Source: a virus (Duplodnaviria > Caudoviricetes). From it: a DNA stretch of 36,406 bases. The DNA lies in the IMG/VR virus record IMGVR_UViG_3300011336_000391, positions 1 through 36,406 of that record. One strand, given 5' to 3'. How positions within the stretch are numbered: the stretch's first letter is position 1; every line of letters begins with the position of its first letter. Positions 6,813-16,563 of the stretch are shown here, in pieces. Made by a program: the position numbers and the translations under genes. The notes beneath the pieces were generated by a model. It was not told where the DNA came from and did no database searches. It was given only the letters and a program-made list of their open reading frames with translations.

Positions 6813-8341
6813 ACGAACAGGAAGCCCTAGCCAAATTCCGCGATGAGTACCTTTCCAATCAGGAATGGCGGCTTAATAATCTTTACTTCATTCGTGATAA
6901 GAACGGCAAGAAGGTTCTTCTTAAGTTCAACTGGGCGCAATGGGCGTTTCTTGCGGCTATTTGGTATTTCAATGTTATCCTGAAAGCTCGCCAGCTTGGC
7001 ATGTCCACTATAATCTGCATCTATTTCCTCGACTGCGCCTTGTTCAACAGCAATCACAAATGCGGTATTATCGACTCAGGCATTGATGATGCCAAGAAAA
7101 AGCTCAAAATGATAAAGTTTGCCTATGATAATATCCCCCCGGCGATTCTGAACAATCCCCTTATCGGGATCCCCACGATGAAAACGAATGCCGCTGAGTT
7201 GATAGAGTTCAGCAACGGATCCGGCATATCGGTTGGAACCTCTCACCGTGGCGATACCCTTCAGAAGCTCCTCATTAGCGAATACGGGAAGATCAGCGCG
7301 GCAACCCCTGAAAAGGCCAGAGAGATCAAAACCGGGGCATTGAATGCTGTAGGCATCGGTCAGCAAATATTTGTTGAATCCACCGCAGAGGGAAAGAGCG
7401 GCGAGTTTTATGACCTTTGTAAATCAGCTATAAACCTGAAGGATTCCGGTAAAACCCTAAGCATGTTGGAGCCCAAGTTTCACTTCTTTGCGTGGTTTGA
7501 TAATCCCGAGTATCGCTTGAGCGATGATGAAACTAAAAACGTGGTCATTCCGAAAGAAACCGAGGCCTATCTGAGTAACTTCAATCTCACCCCTAATCAA
7601 AAGGCTTGGTACACGGTGAAGGAAAAAATCATGGGCGATGACATGCGGAGGGAATACCCCTCAAACCCTTCCGAGGCTTTCGAGGGTTCAACCGAGGGAT
7701 CATATTATAAGAAGGAAATGGCAGAACTTAGGAAATCCGGTCAGATTTGCTTTGTGCCTTATGATAGATCATACCCTGTCAATACATATTGGGATTTAGG
7801 TAAAACCCGCGATCAAAGCTCAATCATCTTCACCCAAGACATAAAGGGTAAAAAATGCATTATTGATTATGAAGAGAAAACAAACATCACATGGGATTCT
7901 TATGCCATGATATTGAAAGAGCGCGGTTATAACTACGGAACGCACTGGTGGCCGCATGATGGGAATATTAACACTGTCACTCAAGGAGAGATATTGACCA
8001 GTAAACAAATGGCGCAACGTGCCGGAATCAGCCCGATTAAGGTCATTCCGGTGACGAAAAGCGTGCATGAAGATGTGACCAATTACTGTAAGCCAATGCT
8101 ACCTATGGTATGGATTGACGAAAGCAAATGCTCTCTATTGATAATAAGACTAGACAGTTACCGTAAAAAATGGGATAAAATTAACGCTATGTGGATGAAT
8201 GAGCACGCGCACGATGAGGCTTCTCATGGTGCGGATGCTTTTAGGACATTTGCCGTGCAACAGGCCAAGCATAAAGAAGAAGTTGCTAGTAAATTCATTG
8301 AACCGGGTTTTTATGCAGCAAAATCTTATCACGGTAATTAA
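6809..8341 (+). CDS. terL: Terminase large subunit
   Basis: Walker A ILKARQLGMST, Walker B-like LLISE, ESTAEG coupling motif, nuclease YWDLG and HDEASHGADAFR. Confidence 0.95.
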   Translation: MNEQEALAKFRDEYLSNQEWRLNNLYFIRDKNGKKVLLKFNWAQWAFLAAIWYFNVILKARQLGMSTIICIYFLDCALFNSNHKCGIIDSGIDDAKKKLKMIKFAYDNIPPAILNNPLIGIPTMKTNAAELIEFSNGSGISVGTSHRGDTLQKLLISEYGKISAATPEKAREIKTGALNAVGIGQQIFVESTAEGKSGEFYDLCKSAINLKDSGKTLSMLEPKFHFFAWFDNPEYRLSDDETKNVVIPKETEAYLSNFNLTPNQKAWYTVKEKIMGDDMRREYPSNPSEAFEGSTEGSYYKKEMAELRKSGQICFVPYDRSYPVNTYWDLGKTRDQSSIIFTQDIKGKKCIIDYEEKTNITWDSYAMILKERGYNYGTHWWPHDGNINTVTQGEILTSKQMAQRAGISPIKVIPVTKSVHEDVTNYCKPMLPMVWIDESKCSLLIIRLDSYRKKWDKINAMWMNEHAHDEASHGADAFRTFAVQQAKHKEEVASKFIEPGFYAAKSYHGN

Positions 8342-8343
8342 GA

Positions 8344-8523
8344 ATGTCTGAGATAACCATAATCCCCCAACAATACGCACGGGTTGGCGATACGGTGGAG
8401 TATGGCGGAAAAAGATACGTAGCAGAGCGGCATTTTTCCCAAGGTAAAGACATGATTAGCCTTGGTTACACGCACATCATGTACGCATCTAATGGCGCAT
8501 TTGGCATGGTGGAGGCTGATTGA
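8344..8523 (+). CDS. Small hypothetical protein (59 aa)
   Basis: MSEITIIPQQYARVGDTVEYGGKRY...; TGATG overlap with the next ORF. Confidence 0.5.
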   Translation: MSEITIIPQQYARVGDTVEYGGKRYVAERHFSQGKDMISLGYTHIMYASNGAFGMVEAD

Positions 8524-8741
8524 TGTCTCAAATTATTTTTGGTGGCAGAGTAATGCACCTAAATCCCCCTCTTTATGATTTTACGGAATATCATGGAAAT
8601 GAAATAGTTAGAAGCCTAAAAGGTGTTTATGACTACAACCGTAATTTATTTACAGTTCCAGCAAAGTTAAAAAAAATGTTTGAATGGAAACGCAAGGAAG
8701 ATTTGGATTTCATGGAAACCATTGGACTAGAGTGGATATAA
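8523..8741 (+). CDS. Hypothetical protein
   Basis: 72 aa from the ATG at 8523, GGAGG SD, ends just before the portal. Confidence 0.6.
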   Translation: MSQIIFGGRVMHLNPPLYDFTEYHGNEIVRSLKGVYDYNRNLFTVPAKLKKMFEWKRKEDLDFMETIGLEWI

Positions 8742-8742
8742 G

Positions 8743-11025
8743 ATGGCCGACTCAGAAACCAAGAAAGAGCTTGCTGATAATAAGATCGTCAGCGACATGC
8801 TGCGGGACTTCAAGCTGTCTGCTGATGCAGAGGCCGACAACCGCACCCGTGCCTTGTTCATCCTTGAGTTTATCCGCCCCGGTTCTAAACAGTTTAGTGA
8901 GGCGCAAATATCCGCTCGCGGAAACCGCCCGTCTTATTCCTTTAACCAATTACCAAAGTTTGGCCGTCAAGTTATTAACGACCAGTGGCAGAATGTTCCG
9001 CAGATTAAGTATGTCCCAAAAAATGATTCAAATGTTGATAAAGCTCAGGTTTTAGAAGATTTAATCCGCGAGGTTCAGGCGCAGGGCTGCGCTCAAACCG
9101 CTTATAAACTGGCAATTTCCAGCCAGATTAACATGGGATGGGGCTATTTTGCTTTTGGCACTAAGTACGACAACGACCAAACAAACGACCAGAATGTATA
9201 TATCCGGCAGATACCGAATCCTTTCCTAGTCTATGATGATCCCGCAACCCGTGAGCAGGACAGAAGCGACAGACGGTTTTTGATTGAGGTTGAGGACATC
9301 CCGCGCACTGAATTTAATAACGCAAACGATAAAGAATACACCGAGAGCGAGCTTGTCTCTATTGGTAGCGAATACCCCGATTGGGCAACCATGGGCAAAG
9401 ACTTGGTTCGGATTGGGCATTACTGGCGGCTTGAATATGACAAAAGCACCGTGTGGTTTGACAAGGAATCCGGTGTAAAAGTATTGGAAAAACCCGATGA
9501 CATTGAAAAATACAATCAGCGCGAGATCAAAAAACCAAAGGTAATGTATTATCGTTGCACTGCGACAGAAAAGCTAGAGGGACGCGAGTGGATGGGATCA
9601 TATATCCCCTATTGTTTCGTTGAGGGGAATAAAAACATTGTTGACGGAAAGACGTATTACACCGGCCTTTATGAAGATATGGTTTCTACGCAAATCCTTT
9701 ATAACTACGCCACGAATACAGCAATTGAGCTTGCGGAGTCTGCGCCTATTTCACCATTTATCGGTGATTCTAGGGCGTTTAAGGGATATGAAAAATATTA
9801 CGATCAAGCCAACACAAAAAATTATTCCTATCTGCCATATAATGCCATTGATGAGAGTGGCCAGCCTATAACTCCTCCGCAGCGTATGCAGAATGGTGCA
9901 GACTTGGGATCGGCTGTTTCGTTGATTCAAATGGCCGAACAGAATTTCTACGGCACCTCGGGAATTTATCCCGCCTCACTCGGTCAGCAATCGAACGAAA
10001 AAAGCGGCAAGGCTATCATCGCAAGACAAAAAGAGGGCGATGTTTCCACATCAAACTATCCCGATTGTTTTGGAAGGTCATTGCAATATGGCGGCATTGT
10101 TTTCGAGGATTTAGCTAAAAAAGTTTATGATGGGGCGCGTGAAATCCGTGTCATGAGCGAAGATAAGAAAACCCGCACCGTGAAAATCAACCAGAGCTTT
10201 AAGGATGAGAAAACCGGAAAGCCAATGAAGTTTGATTTAACGAAAGGCGAACACGAGGCTGTTGTTACAATTGGCCCGAGTTACTCAACCAAAAGGGAAG
10301 AAGCGCGGGAAGCTCAGATTCAGCTATTCCAAGCGGCTCCGCAAGCGATGCTTCCAGCCCTTCCGATGATTATTAGGAATATGGATTGGCCGGGTGCTGA
10401 TAAAACCGCCGATGCTGTGGAGCGCGGGTTGCCCCCTGAACTTCGTGATCCTGAGCAGATTCAAGGCGCAATGAAAGACATTCCCCCGGTTATCGCTCAA
10501 CAGCTACAGCAAGCCCAGCAGATCATCCAACAGTTAGGCGCTCAGTTACAGGAAGCGCAGGCGGTGGCGAATGATAAGCAGGCCGAGCAACAGTTGAAAA
10601 TGGGTGAATTACAGGTAAAAGCACAATCTGCACAAACGCAGGCAGAAAAAGATCAGGCCGATGCTCAACTGAAAGCGGCTCAATTGCAATTCGAGCGTGA
10701 TAAACTGGCTACGGAATCGGCACTTGAGCAGCAGCGCATTGAACTGGAAAAGATTAAATACTTAACAGAGCTACAAAAGCAACCCAACCCTGAAGCTATT
10801 CAGCCAGAAGAAGCCCAGCAAGACGCAATTGAAACCGAATTAAAGGTTAAGTCCATTCAGGTGCAAGAACAGGGGATTGGCGTTCAACATCAGAATATGC
10901 AGATGTTGCTGGAGATGCTCGCGGCTATGAAGGGGAGCTTTGACACCTTATCCGCTGATATTCGCGCCCCTAAAGTTATAACTCTTGATAATGGCAGGAC
11001 AGCGACCACTCAAACGATGTCTTAA
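8743..11025 (+). CDS. P22-like portal protein
   Basis: 760 aa; RPSYSFNQL, SNEKSGKAIIARQKEG, VTIGPSYSTKREEA, MDWPGADK; Q-rich C-terminal coiled coil. Confidence 0.93.
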   Translation: MADSETKKELADNKIVSDMLRDFKLSADAEADNRTRALFILEFIRPGSKQFSEAQISARGNRPSYSFNQLPKFGRQVINDQWQNVPQIKYVPKNDSNVDKAQVLEDLIREVQAQGCAQTAYKLAISSQINMGWGYFAFGTKYDNDQTNDQNVYIRQIPNPFLVYDDPATREQDRSDRRFLIEVEDIPRTEFNNANDKEYTESELVSIGSEYPDWATMGKDLVRIGHYWRLEYDKSTVWFDKESGVKVLEKPDDIEKYNQREIKKPKVMYYRCTATEKLEGREWMGSYIPYCFVEGNKNIVDGKTYYTGLYEDMVSTQILYNYATNTAIELAESAPISPFIGDSRAFKGYEKYYDQANTKNYSYLPYNAIDESGQPITPPQRMQNGADLGSAVSLIQMAEQNFYGTSGIYPASLGQQSNEKSGKAIIARQKEGDVSTSNYPDCFGRSLQYGGIVFEDLAKKVYDGAREIRVMSEDKKTRTVKINQSFKDEKTGKPMKFDLTKGEHEAVVTIGPSYSTKREEAREAQIQLFQAAPQAMLPALPMIIRNMDWPGADKTADAVERGLPPELRDPEQIQGAMKDIPPVIAQQLQQAQQIIQQLGAQLQEAQAVANDKQAEQQLKMGELQVKAQSAQTQAEKDQADAQLKAAQLQFERDKLATESALEQQRIELEKIKYLTELQKQPNPEAIQPEEAQQDAIETELKVKSIQVQEQGIGVQHQNMQMLLEMLAAMKGSFDTLSADIRAPKVITLDNGRTATTQTMS

Positions 11026-11026
11026 T

Positions 11027-11251
11027 ATGCTTAACCCCATACAAAAAGAAGAAAGAGAAACCGAGCTGGATTTGCTGTCACTAAAATACAAAATTGAAGA
11101 TTTGGAACTCAAACGATTACGTGACCTTGCCAATCAATCTATGCAGTTTCAGCTTATTTCCCTTTTAAACAGAGAGCAGAATTTAATTCAAAAACGAGAG
11201 CAAAGAAAAGAAGAAGATCAGATTATGTTTCTAATTGGTATTTACGCTTGA
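11027..11251 (+). CDS. Hypothetical coiled-coil protein
   Basis: 74 aa from the ATG at 11027, between portal and scaffold. Confidence 0.6.
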   Translation: MLNPIQKEERETELDLLSLKYKIEDLELKRLRDLANQSMQFQLISLLNREQNLIQKREQRKEEDQIMFLIGIYA

Positions 11252-11274
11252 TTTTAACAACAAAAGGAAGTATT

Positions 11275-12126
11275 ATGGAAAAAAATAGCCCAGAAGTTAC
11301 CGCACCAGCGGATACTCAGAACGCTATTACGGATAGATACGAAGTTGAGACCAATGTTGTCAGCGAGCCTGTAAAGGTTGAGCCGGAAACAAAGGTTGAA
11401 ACGGAAACCAAGCCAGATTCAGAGCCGGAACCTGCAGAGGAACCGCAGGAATCAAAAACCATTAATCCAAGAACTGCTGCAAGAAAAGCTGAAAAAGAGC
11501 GTTTATTGCGTGAAGCTGCTGAAGCAAAGGCCGAAACAGCCAGAGTTAAAGCAGAATTAGAGCAATTAAAGCAACCAAAGCCTGAAGGCAAGCAGCCCAA
11601 AGATTTATCCAAAGAACCCAACATTCAAGATTATGAAGATGCTGTGGAATATACCCGTGATTTAGCGAGGTATGACCGTAAGCAAGAGGCATTGCAGGAA
11701 AATCAGCAAAAGAAATTTGATGCTTATAATGAAAAGCTCGAATCTGTAATCGCTGAAAAGCCTGATTTTGAAGAAAAGGTTGGGGCGTTAGTTGATAGCG
11801 GTTTAATCACCCCAGAAATTGAGGATGCAGTTTTATCTTCGAGCATGGGGCCGGCTCTTAGCTATCATTTGGCTGAATATGGTGGTGATTTAATGGCACT
11901 TCGTGGCTTGCCGAAAGAGCTTTTACCCAAGGCTATTAAAGAGATTGAGGCCTTTATTAAAAAGGGCGGAAATCCACCTGAAAAGCCTCGTGTAACACAG
12001 GCACCTCCTCCAATTACTCCTCCTTCTGGTATGGCAAGAACTGACCGATCAGCCAGTTCATACACACAAGAGGAAATCGAGAACATGCCAATCTCTGAGT
12101 ACAACAGAATCTTTGTCAAAAAATAA
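11275..12126 (+). CDS. Capsid scaffolding protein
   Basis: Acidic/Pro-rich N-terminus, coiled coil, GPALSYHLA, APPPITP; AAAGGA SD; between portal and coat. Confidence 0.8.
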   Translation: MEKNSPEVTAPADTQNAITDRYEVETNVVSEPVKVEPETKVETETKPDSEPEPAEEPQESKTINPRTAARKAEKERLLREAAEAKAETARVKAELEQLKQPKPEGKQPKDLSKEPNIQDYEDAVEYTRDLARYDRKQEALQENQQKKFDAYNEKLESVIAEKPDFEEKVGALVDSGLITPEIEDAVLSSSMGPALSYHLAEYGGDLMALRGLPKELLPKAIKEIEAFIKKGGNPPEKPRVTQAPPPITPPSGMARTDRSASSYTQEEIENMPISEYNRIFVKK

Positions 12127-12134
12127 CCGCTGCT

Positions 12135-12179
12135 ATGGGATTCCCCCTTAGTGGCATAACCACTAAGGGGATTTCCTAT
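12135..12179 (+). promoter_or_regulatory. Hairpin occluding the coat gene ribosome-binding site
   Basis: ccccttagtgg-cataa-ccactaagggg perfect 11-bp stem, extendable to the start codon. Confidence 0.6.
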
Positions 12180-13419
12180 GTCTAACCAAGTACCTATTCA
12201 AACTATTATCGCCAAGCGTATGCTGGCACGTTTGCAGAACAAATTGCCGATGACGGCTAATTGCAACAAAGACTTCCAAGCAGAACTTTCTGATTCTCAA
12301 AAACGCGCTGGTGGCATCATCAACATCACCAAGCCGCCATTGTTTAGCGTTCGCTCTGGCGAAGTAATGGAAGTGCAGTCCACTATCGTTCCTGCCGTAA
12401 GCACCAGCCTCAATATGTTTGGTGTTGACGTATCGGCGAGCCAGCTTGACCTGCAGATTTCTTACGATGCAGTGCAAAACGGCATGATTGACGGTGTACT
12501 CGATGGCGCGGCTTCTGCTCTTGCTGCTAAAATCGAAGCAGATGGTTTCGCTCTCGCCCTTAAAGTTGCAAACGTAGTCGGCACTCCCGGAACGGCAATC
12601 ACCGATCCTAGCGTTCTCGCTACCGCTGGTGCGCTTATCACCTCAAACGGTGCATTGATTGGCCGTAACCGTATCGGTCTGCTCAATAGCTTCCAGAATG
12701 CAAGCTTTGCAACCGGTGTTAAATCGTACTTCAACCCAGTATCGACTGTAAACGCTGCTTATGCTGATGGCCTACTCGGTAATGGTTATGGCTTTGACCT
12801 TTATGACGAGCCTGTTGCTGGCACGTTTACCTCGGGTACTTACGGCGGTTCGCCTGTGACCAACGGCACTTTGGCGGCTGGCACTAGCGTTGTTACAAAC
12901 GGCTGGACTCCAACCACCACGACCCTCAACATTGGTGATACCTTTACGATTTCCGGTGTGTTTAACCGCAACCCGCAGACTGGCTTGTCAACGGGTGCGC
13001 TTAAGAACTTCGTTGTTGCAGCAGTCACCACCACGGATGGTTCTGGTAACTCCACAATCACCATTGGTGAAGATGGCATTATCCTTACCGGCCCACGTCA
13101 AAACGTCATTGGTGCGGATGGTACTTCTGTATTCACCACGGGTAAAACGATCACCGTTACCTCGGGTGCTTCGGGTACGACCTCCAAACAGTCTCTTGTG
13201 TACGATAAAAACGCGTTCACCTTTGCTATGGTGCCGCTTGCTAAAGTGCCAAGCAACATGGGCGTTATGTCCACCGTTGTTAACGACAAAATGAGCGGTC
13301 TGTCGATCAGCATGAAAGAGGGTTACGACATCACGAACAACCAGCGTGTTGTACGTTTTGACGTTCTCTATGCATGGCTGGAAACGTATCCGCAGATTGC
13401 AGCTCGTATTCTCGGTTAA
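12178..13419 (+). CDS. Major capsid protein, P22 gp5 family
   Basis: 413 aa; TLNIGDTFTISGV insertion domain, LVYDKNAFTFAMVPL, RFDVLYAW...P..AARI C-terminus. Confidence 0.92.
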   Translation: MSNQVPIQTIIAKRMLARLQNKLPMTANCNKDFQAELSDSQKRAGGIINITKPPLFSVRSGEVMEVQSTIVPAVSTSLNMFGVDVSASQLDLQISYDAVQNGMIDGVLDGAASALAAKIEADGFALALKVANVVGTPGTAITDPSVLATAGALITSNGALIGRNRIGLLNSFQNASFATGVKSYFNPVSTVNAAYADGLLGNGYGFDLYDEPVAGTFTSGTYGGSPVTNGTLAAGTSVVTNGWTPTTTTLNIGDTFTISGVFNRNPQTGLSTGALKNFVVAAVTTTDGSGNSTITIGEDGIILTGPRQNVIGADGTSVFTTGKTITVTSGASGTTSKQSLVYDKNAFTFAMVPLAKVPSNMGVMSTVVNDKMSGLSISMKEGYDITNNQRVVRFDVLYAWLETYPQIAARILG

Positions 13420-13443
13420 TTAAACATTTAAGGAGTATTTTTT

Positions 13444-13839
13444 ATGGCTACTGCCACGACTACCACCAAAACTTCTTTGTTGCAGAATGCAACGGGGATT
13501 TTACCAGATTCATACCGTGAGGTATGGAACATTACCACTATCGCCGCCGCGGGAACTGCACAGTCCAACGGCACGTTGATTGGTGGGGAAAGCCCGTTTG
13601 TTCAAATCAGCAACAACACCGCATCGAATGGCGTTGTTCTCCCAACCGCTAGTTTCATTGGGCAGCAGATTTGGGTTTATCCTCAGCTCGCTACCAATGC
13701 TCCAAAGGTTTATCCCCCGGTAGGTGGAACGATCAACAGCGGCACGGCGAATGCTTCTGTTGCAAGCACTGCCCGTAAGGTTGTTCAGTACATTGCGGTT
13801 GATCGTACTGGCCTCAATTACGTTACGATAGGTCTGTAA
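13444..13839 (+). CDS. Putative capsid decoration / virion protein
   Basis: Directly after the coat, AAGGAG SD, Thr/Ala-rich, GVVLP...KVYPPVGGTIN. Confidence 0.6.
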   Translation: MATATTTTKTSLLQNATGILPDSYREVWNITTIAAAGTAQSNGTLIGGESPFVQISNNTASNGVVLPTASFIGQQIWVYPQLATNAPKVYPPVGGTINSGTANASVASTARKVVQYIAVDRTGLNYVTIGL

Positions 13840-13985
13840 TGTCTAAGAAATCAGCGCCTAAAAATGCTGAAGCTCAAGCAGAGGAGGTGCTGGTAAAAAC
13901 AGCACTCTCCGATGCTGAGTGGGAGCGCAGGACTAAATTAGATGTAAGCAACCCGGATTATATTAATCCCTCTTACGATAGGTAA
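13839..13985 (+). CDS. Small hypothetical protein (48 aa)
   Basis: TAATG overlap; MSKKSAPKNAEAQAEE...YINPSYDR. Confidence 0.5.
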   Translation: MSKKSAPKNAEAQAEEVLVKTALSDAEWERRTKLDVSNPDYINPSYDR

Positions 13986-13988
13986 AGC

Positions 13989-14705
13989 ATGGCATACACT
14001 GCCCTGAATCTAATCACCGATGTGTTATTGGATATGGGCGTGATTGCCGACCAAGAAACCCCCACTGCTGCCCAAAGCGTGGGGGCGCTTACCAAATTAA
14101 ACGAACTCATCGAATCATGGAATATTGACCCATTAAAACTTTATGGATCAACCCAAAACATCATGCCTTTTGTTGCGAATCAGGCGACTTATACCATCGG
14201 CGTTGGTGGGGATTTGAACATTCCGCGCCCCGATATGATAAATCAGGCGTTTGTTAGAAACACCAGCGCCGTCCCATCACAGCAGCAGGACATCCCCATT
14301 GCGGTTCTCACTGCCCAGCAGTGGGAAGATATACCCATGAAAAGCATGACGGGAACCTATCCCTATGCTGTGTGGTTCAACATGACCAACCCGTTAATCA
14401 CGGCGTATGTCACCCCGATTCCTACCGGGTCAAATTACAGCCTGATGTTCTTCGATCAAAATGCCATCACTCAATTAACGCTCAACACTGTTTTGGCCTT
14501 CCCGCCCGGGTATAAACGGGCGTTAAAATACGGCTTGTTTATCGAACTTGCGCCTAGCTATCAAATTGAAGTCCCGCAGAGCATCGCAACGCTTGCCGTA
14601 ACATCAAAGGCATCTGTTGATCGAATCAACCTAGAAATTAACGAATTAGAAACCAGCGGCTTTGGTAGATATGACATCCTGAGTAATACCGTAAGGAGGC
14701 TGTAG
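13989..14705 (+). CDS. Head-to-tail adaptor, P22 gp4-like
   Basis: TALNLITDVL.DMGVIA..ETPTA...LNELIESW and FPPGYKRALKYGL..ELAP.Y; synteny. Confidence 0.72.
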   Translation: MAYTALNLITDVLLDMGVIADQETPTAAQSVGALTKLNELIESWNIDPLKLYGSTQNIMPFVANQATYTIGVGGDLNIPRPDMINQAFVRNTSAVPSQQQDIPIAVLTAQQWEDIPMKSMTGTYPYAVWFNMTNPLITAYVTPIPTGSNYSLMFFDQNAITQLTLNTVLAFPPGYKRALKYGLFIELAPSYQIEVPQSIATLAVTSKASVDRINLEINELETSGFGRYDILSNTVRRL

Positions 14706-16109
14706 GTGGAGGCCGGGGTAGTTGGCGGTTCATCTCAAGAATATTCGCTGCCGTTTAATGCGGAGCGAACGGTTAACATGCATGCCGTTTTAGATCAGCG
14801 TGGTAAAAAACCAGCCTCTTTATATGCCCGTCCCGGCAATTCATTATTTGCAAATGCTGGAAGTGGTGCAGGGCGTGTGGGGTTCAAATCCACCAATGGC
14901 CGGGTCTTTGACGTATCAGGTGCGGAATTATATGAAATATTCTCTGATGCCACAAAAACACTCCTAGGAAGCCTCAACACCAGCGCAGGGAATCTAACCA
15001 TTGCAGAAAATGGTGTGCAATTAGCTATTTGTGACGGGGTTGATTTATACATTTTCACCTATGCAACCAATGTTTTCCAACGTGTGGTCAGTGCGAACTT
15101 GCCAAGTGCGGCAAGCGTCATCTTCCTTGGTGGGTATTTCATTGTAAACCGCAGCCTCACCAGTGGGATATTTCAAATATCAGCGCCCTATGATGGGACG
15201 AGCTGGGCGGCGCTAGACTTTGCAACAGCGGAATCATCACCTGATAATCTTGTGAGGGTGGCAAACGTATTCGGGCAATTATGGCTTGTGGGTGACCTGA
15301 ACATTGAAGTGTGGAGCAACACCGGAGCTGCGTCATTCCCATTTCAAAGGTTAAACAGCGCGGCAAATCTCTCTGTTGGCACGTCATCACCTGATTCATT
15401 CCTACAAATCGACAATACGGCCTATTGGGTGGGTAAAGACAACAACGGCGCTGGGATAGTTTATAAGGCAGATGGGTTTTCTCCTCAGAGAGTTTCAACC
15501 GAAGCCATAGAGCTAAGAATACAATCAGCTCCGAGCATAGGCCAGATCAAGGCCATGTCATACCAAGAAGCTGGACACACGTTCTATATTTTAACCGGTG
15601 GTGGGATGGAAACCGCTTTAGTCTATGATTTATCCACAGGCTTATGGGCGGAATGGGCGTATCTCAACAGCCTTGGGCAGTATGAGCTACCTCTTACGAA
15701 CTATCTTTTCTATGCTTTTGATAAAACGCTCGCATTGGATAAAACCAATGGGAATATTTATCATCAAAGCCAGTCTTACTACTCAGACAATGGCGATGAG
15801 ATTTGCTGTGATCGGATATTCACGCATATTTTTGACAACGGAAAACCGTTTTTAATAAAAAACCTGATCATTAATTTTGAAACGGGTGTGGGGAATACCA
15901 CAATTGAAAATCCCAAAGTGATGCTTTACCTGTCAAATGATGGTGGTCGAAGTTTCTACACCTATTATGAAACCGCACTTGGTAAAGTGGGAAAGTTTTT
16001 ATCTCGAGTTGTTTTCTGGCGGCTTGGCCGTCACCGTCAATGCACCTTCCGTGTGAGAATCACCGATTCTGTAAAAAGAGTGATTACAGGAGGTGAGTTC
16101 AATGGCTAA
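14706..16109 (+). CDS. Tail hub / DNA stabilization protein, P22 gp10 family
   Basis: 467 aa; ATAESSPDNL, SNDGGRSF, VFWRLGR; GTG start with AAGGAGG SD. Confidence 0.85.
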   Translation: MEAGVVGGSSQEYSLPFNAERTVNMHAVLDQRGKKPASLYARPGNSLFANAGSGAGRVGFKSTNGRVFDVSGAELYEIFSDATKTLLGSLNTSAGNLTIAENGVQLAICDGVDLYIFTYATNVFQRVVSANLPSAASVIFLGGYFIVNRSLTSGIFQISAPYDGTSWAALDFATAESSPDNLVRVANVFGQLWLVGDLNIEVWSNTGAASFPFQRLNSAANLSVGTSSPDSFLQIDNTAYWVGKDNNGAGIVYKADGFSPQRVSTEAIELRIQSAPSIGQIKAMSYQEAGHTFYILTGGGMETALVYDLSTGLWAEWAYLNSLGQYELPLTNYLFYAFDKTLALDKTNGNIYHQSQSYYSDNGDEICCDRIFTHIFDNGKPFLIKNLIINFETGVGNTTIENPKVMLYLSNDGGRSFYTYYETALGKVGKFLSRVVFWRLGRHRQCTFRVRITDSVKRVITGGEFNG

Positions 16110-16521
16110 GTTGAACGAAGCGCCGATTGCCGAGGCTCTGATTGACGATTCCAAAAAAGCACGCCCTGCGTGGGTGGAGTTTTTTGCAGACATTACCCGT
16201 GGTGACGTTGGGACTACGTGGACACCCTCAATCACAGGATTAACCGTCACTGGAACACCTACAATCAGCGGTGTTTATTATCAGAATAACGGCTTTACGG
16301 ACTGGGCGGTGAAGATCGTCCCTGCAACCGATACCAGCTCAACCTCTGGCGTTACGTATATCACCCTTCCGTTTGACGTGACCGCCGATGCAGCGTGTTT
16401 CGCGGTGACTGGTTTTAGTGCGGCGATGGGGGTTATTAATGCTTCAGCGAGATTGGCTTATTTGCCCACATGGGTAACGATTACCGCACCCATAACAATA
16501 ACGGGCAGAGTTAAAAACTAA
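16102..16521 (+). CDS. Putative virion/tail protein
   Basis: Follows gp10, GGAGGTG SD, GTTWTPSITG beta-rich. Confidence 0.6.
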   Translation: MAKLNEAPIAEALIDDSKKARPAWVEFFADITRGDVGTTWTPSITGLTVTGTPTISGVYYQNNGFTDWAVKIVPATDTSSTSGVTYITLPFDVTADAACFAVTGFSAAMGVINASARLAYLPTWVTITAPITITGRVKN

Positions 16522-16563
16522 AAGTAAAATACAAAATTTAATATACTATATATAGGGGTTTTT

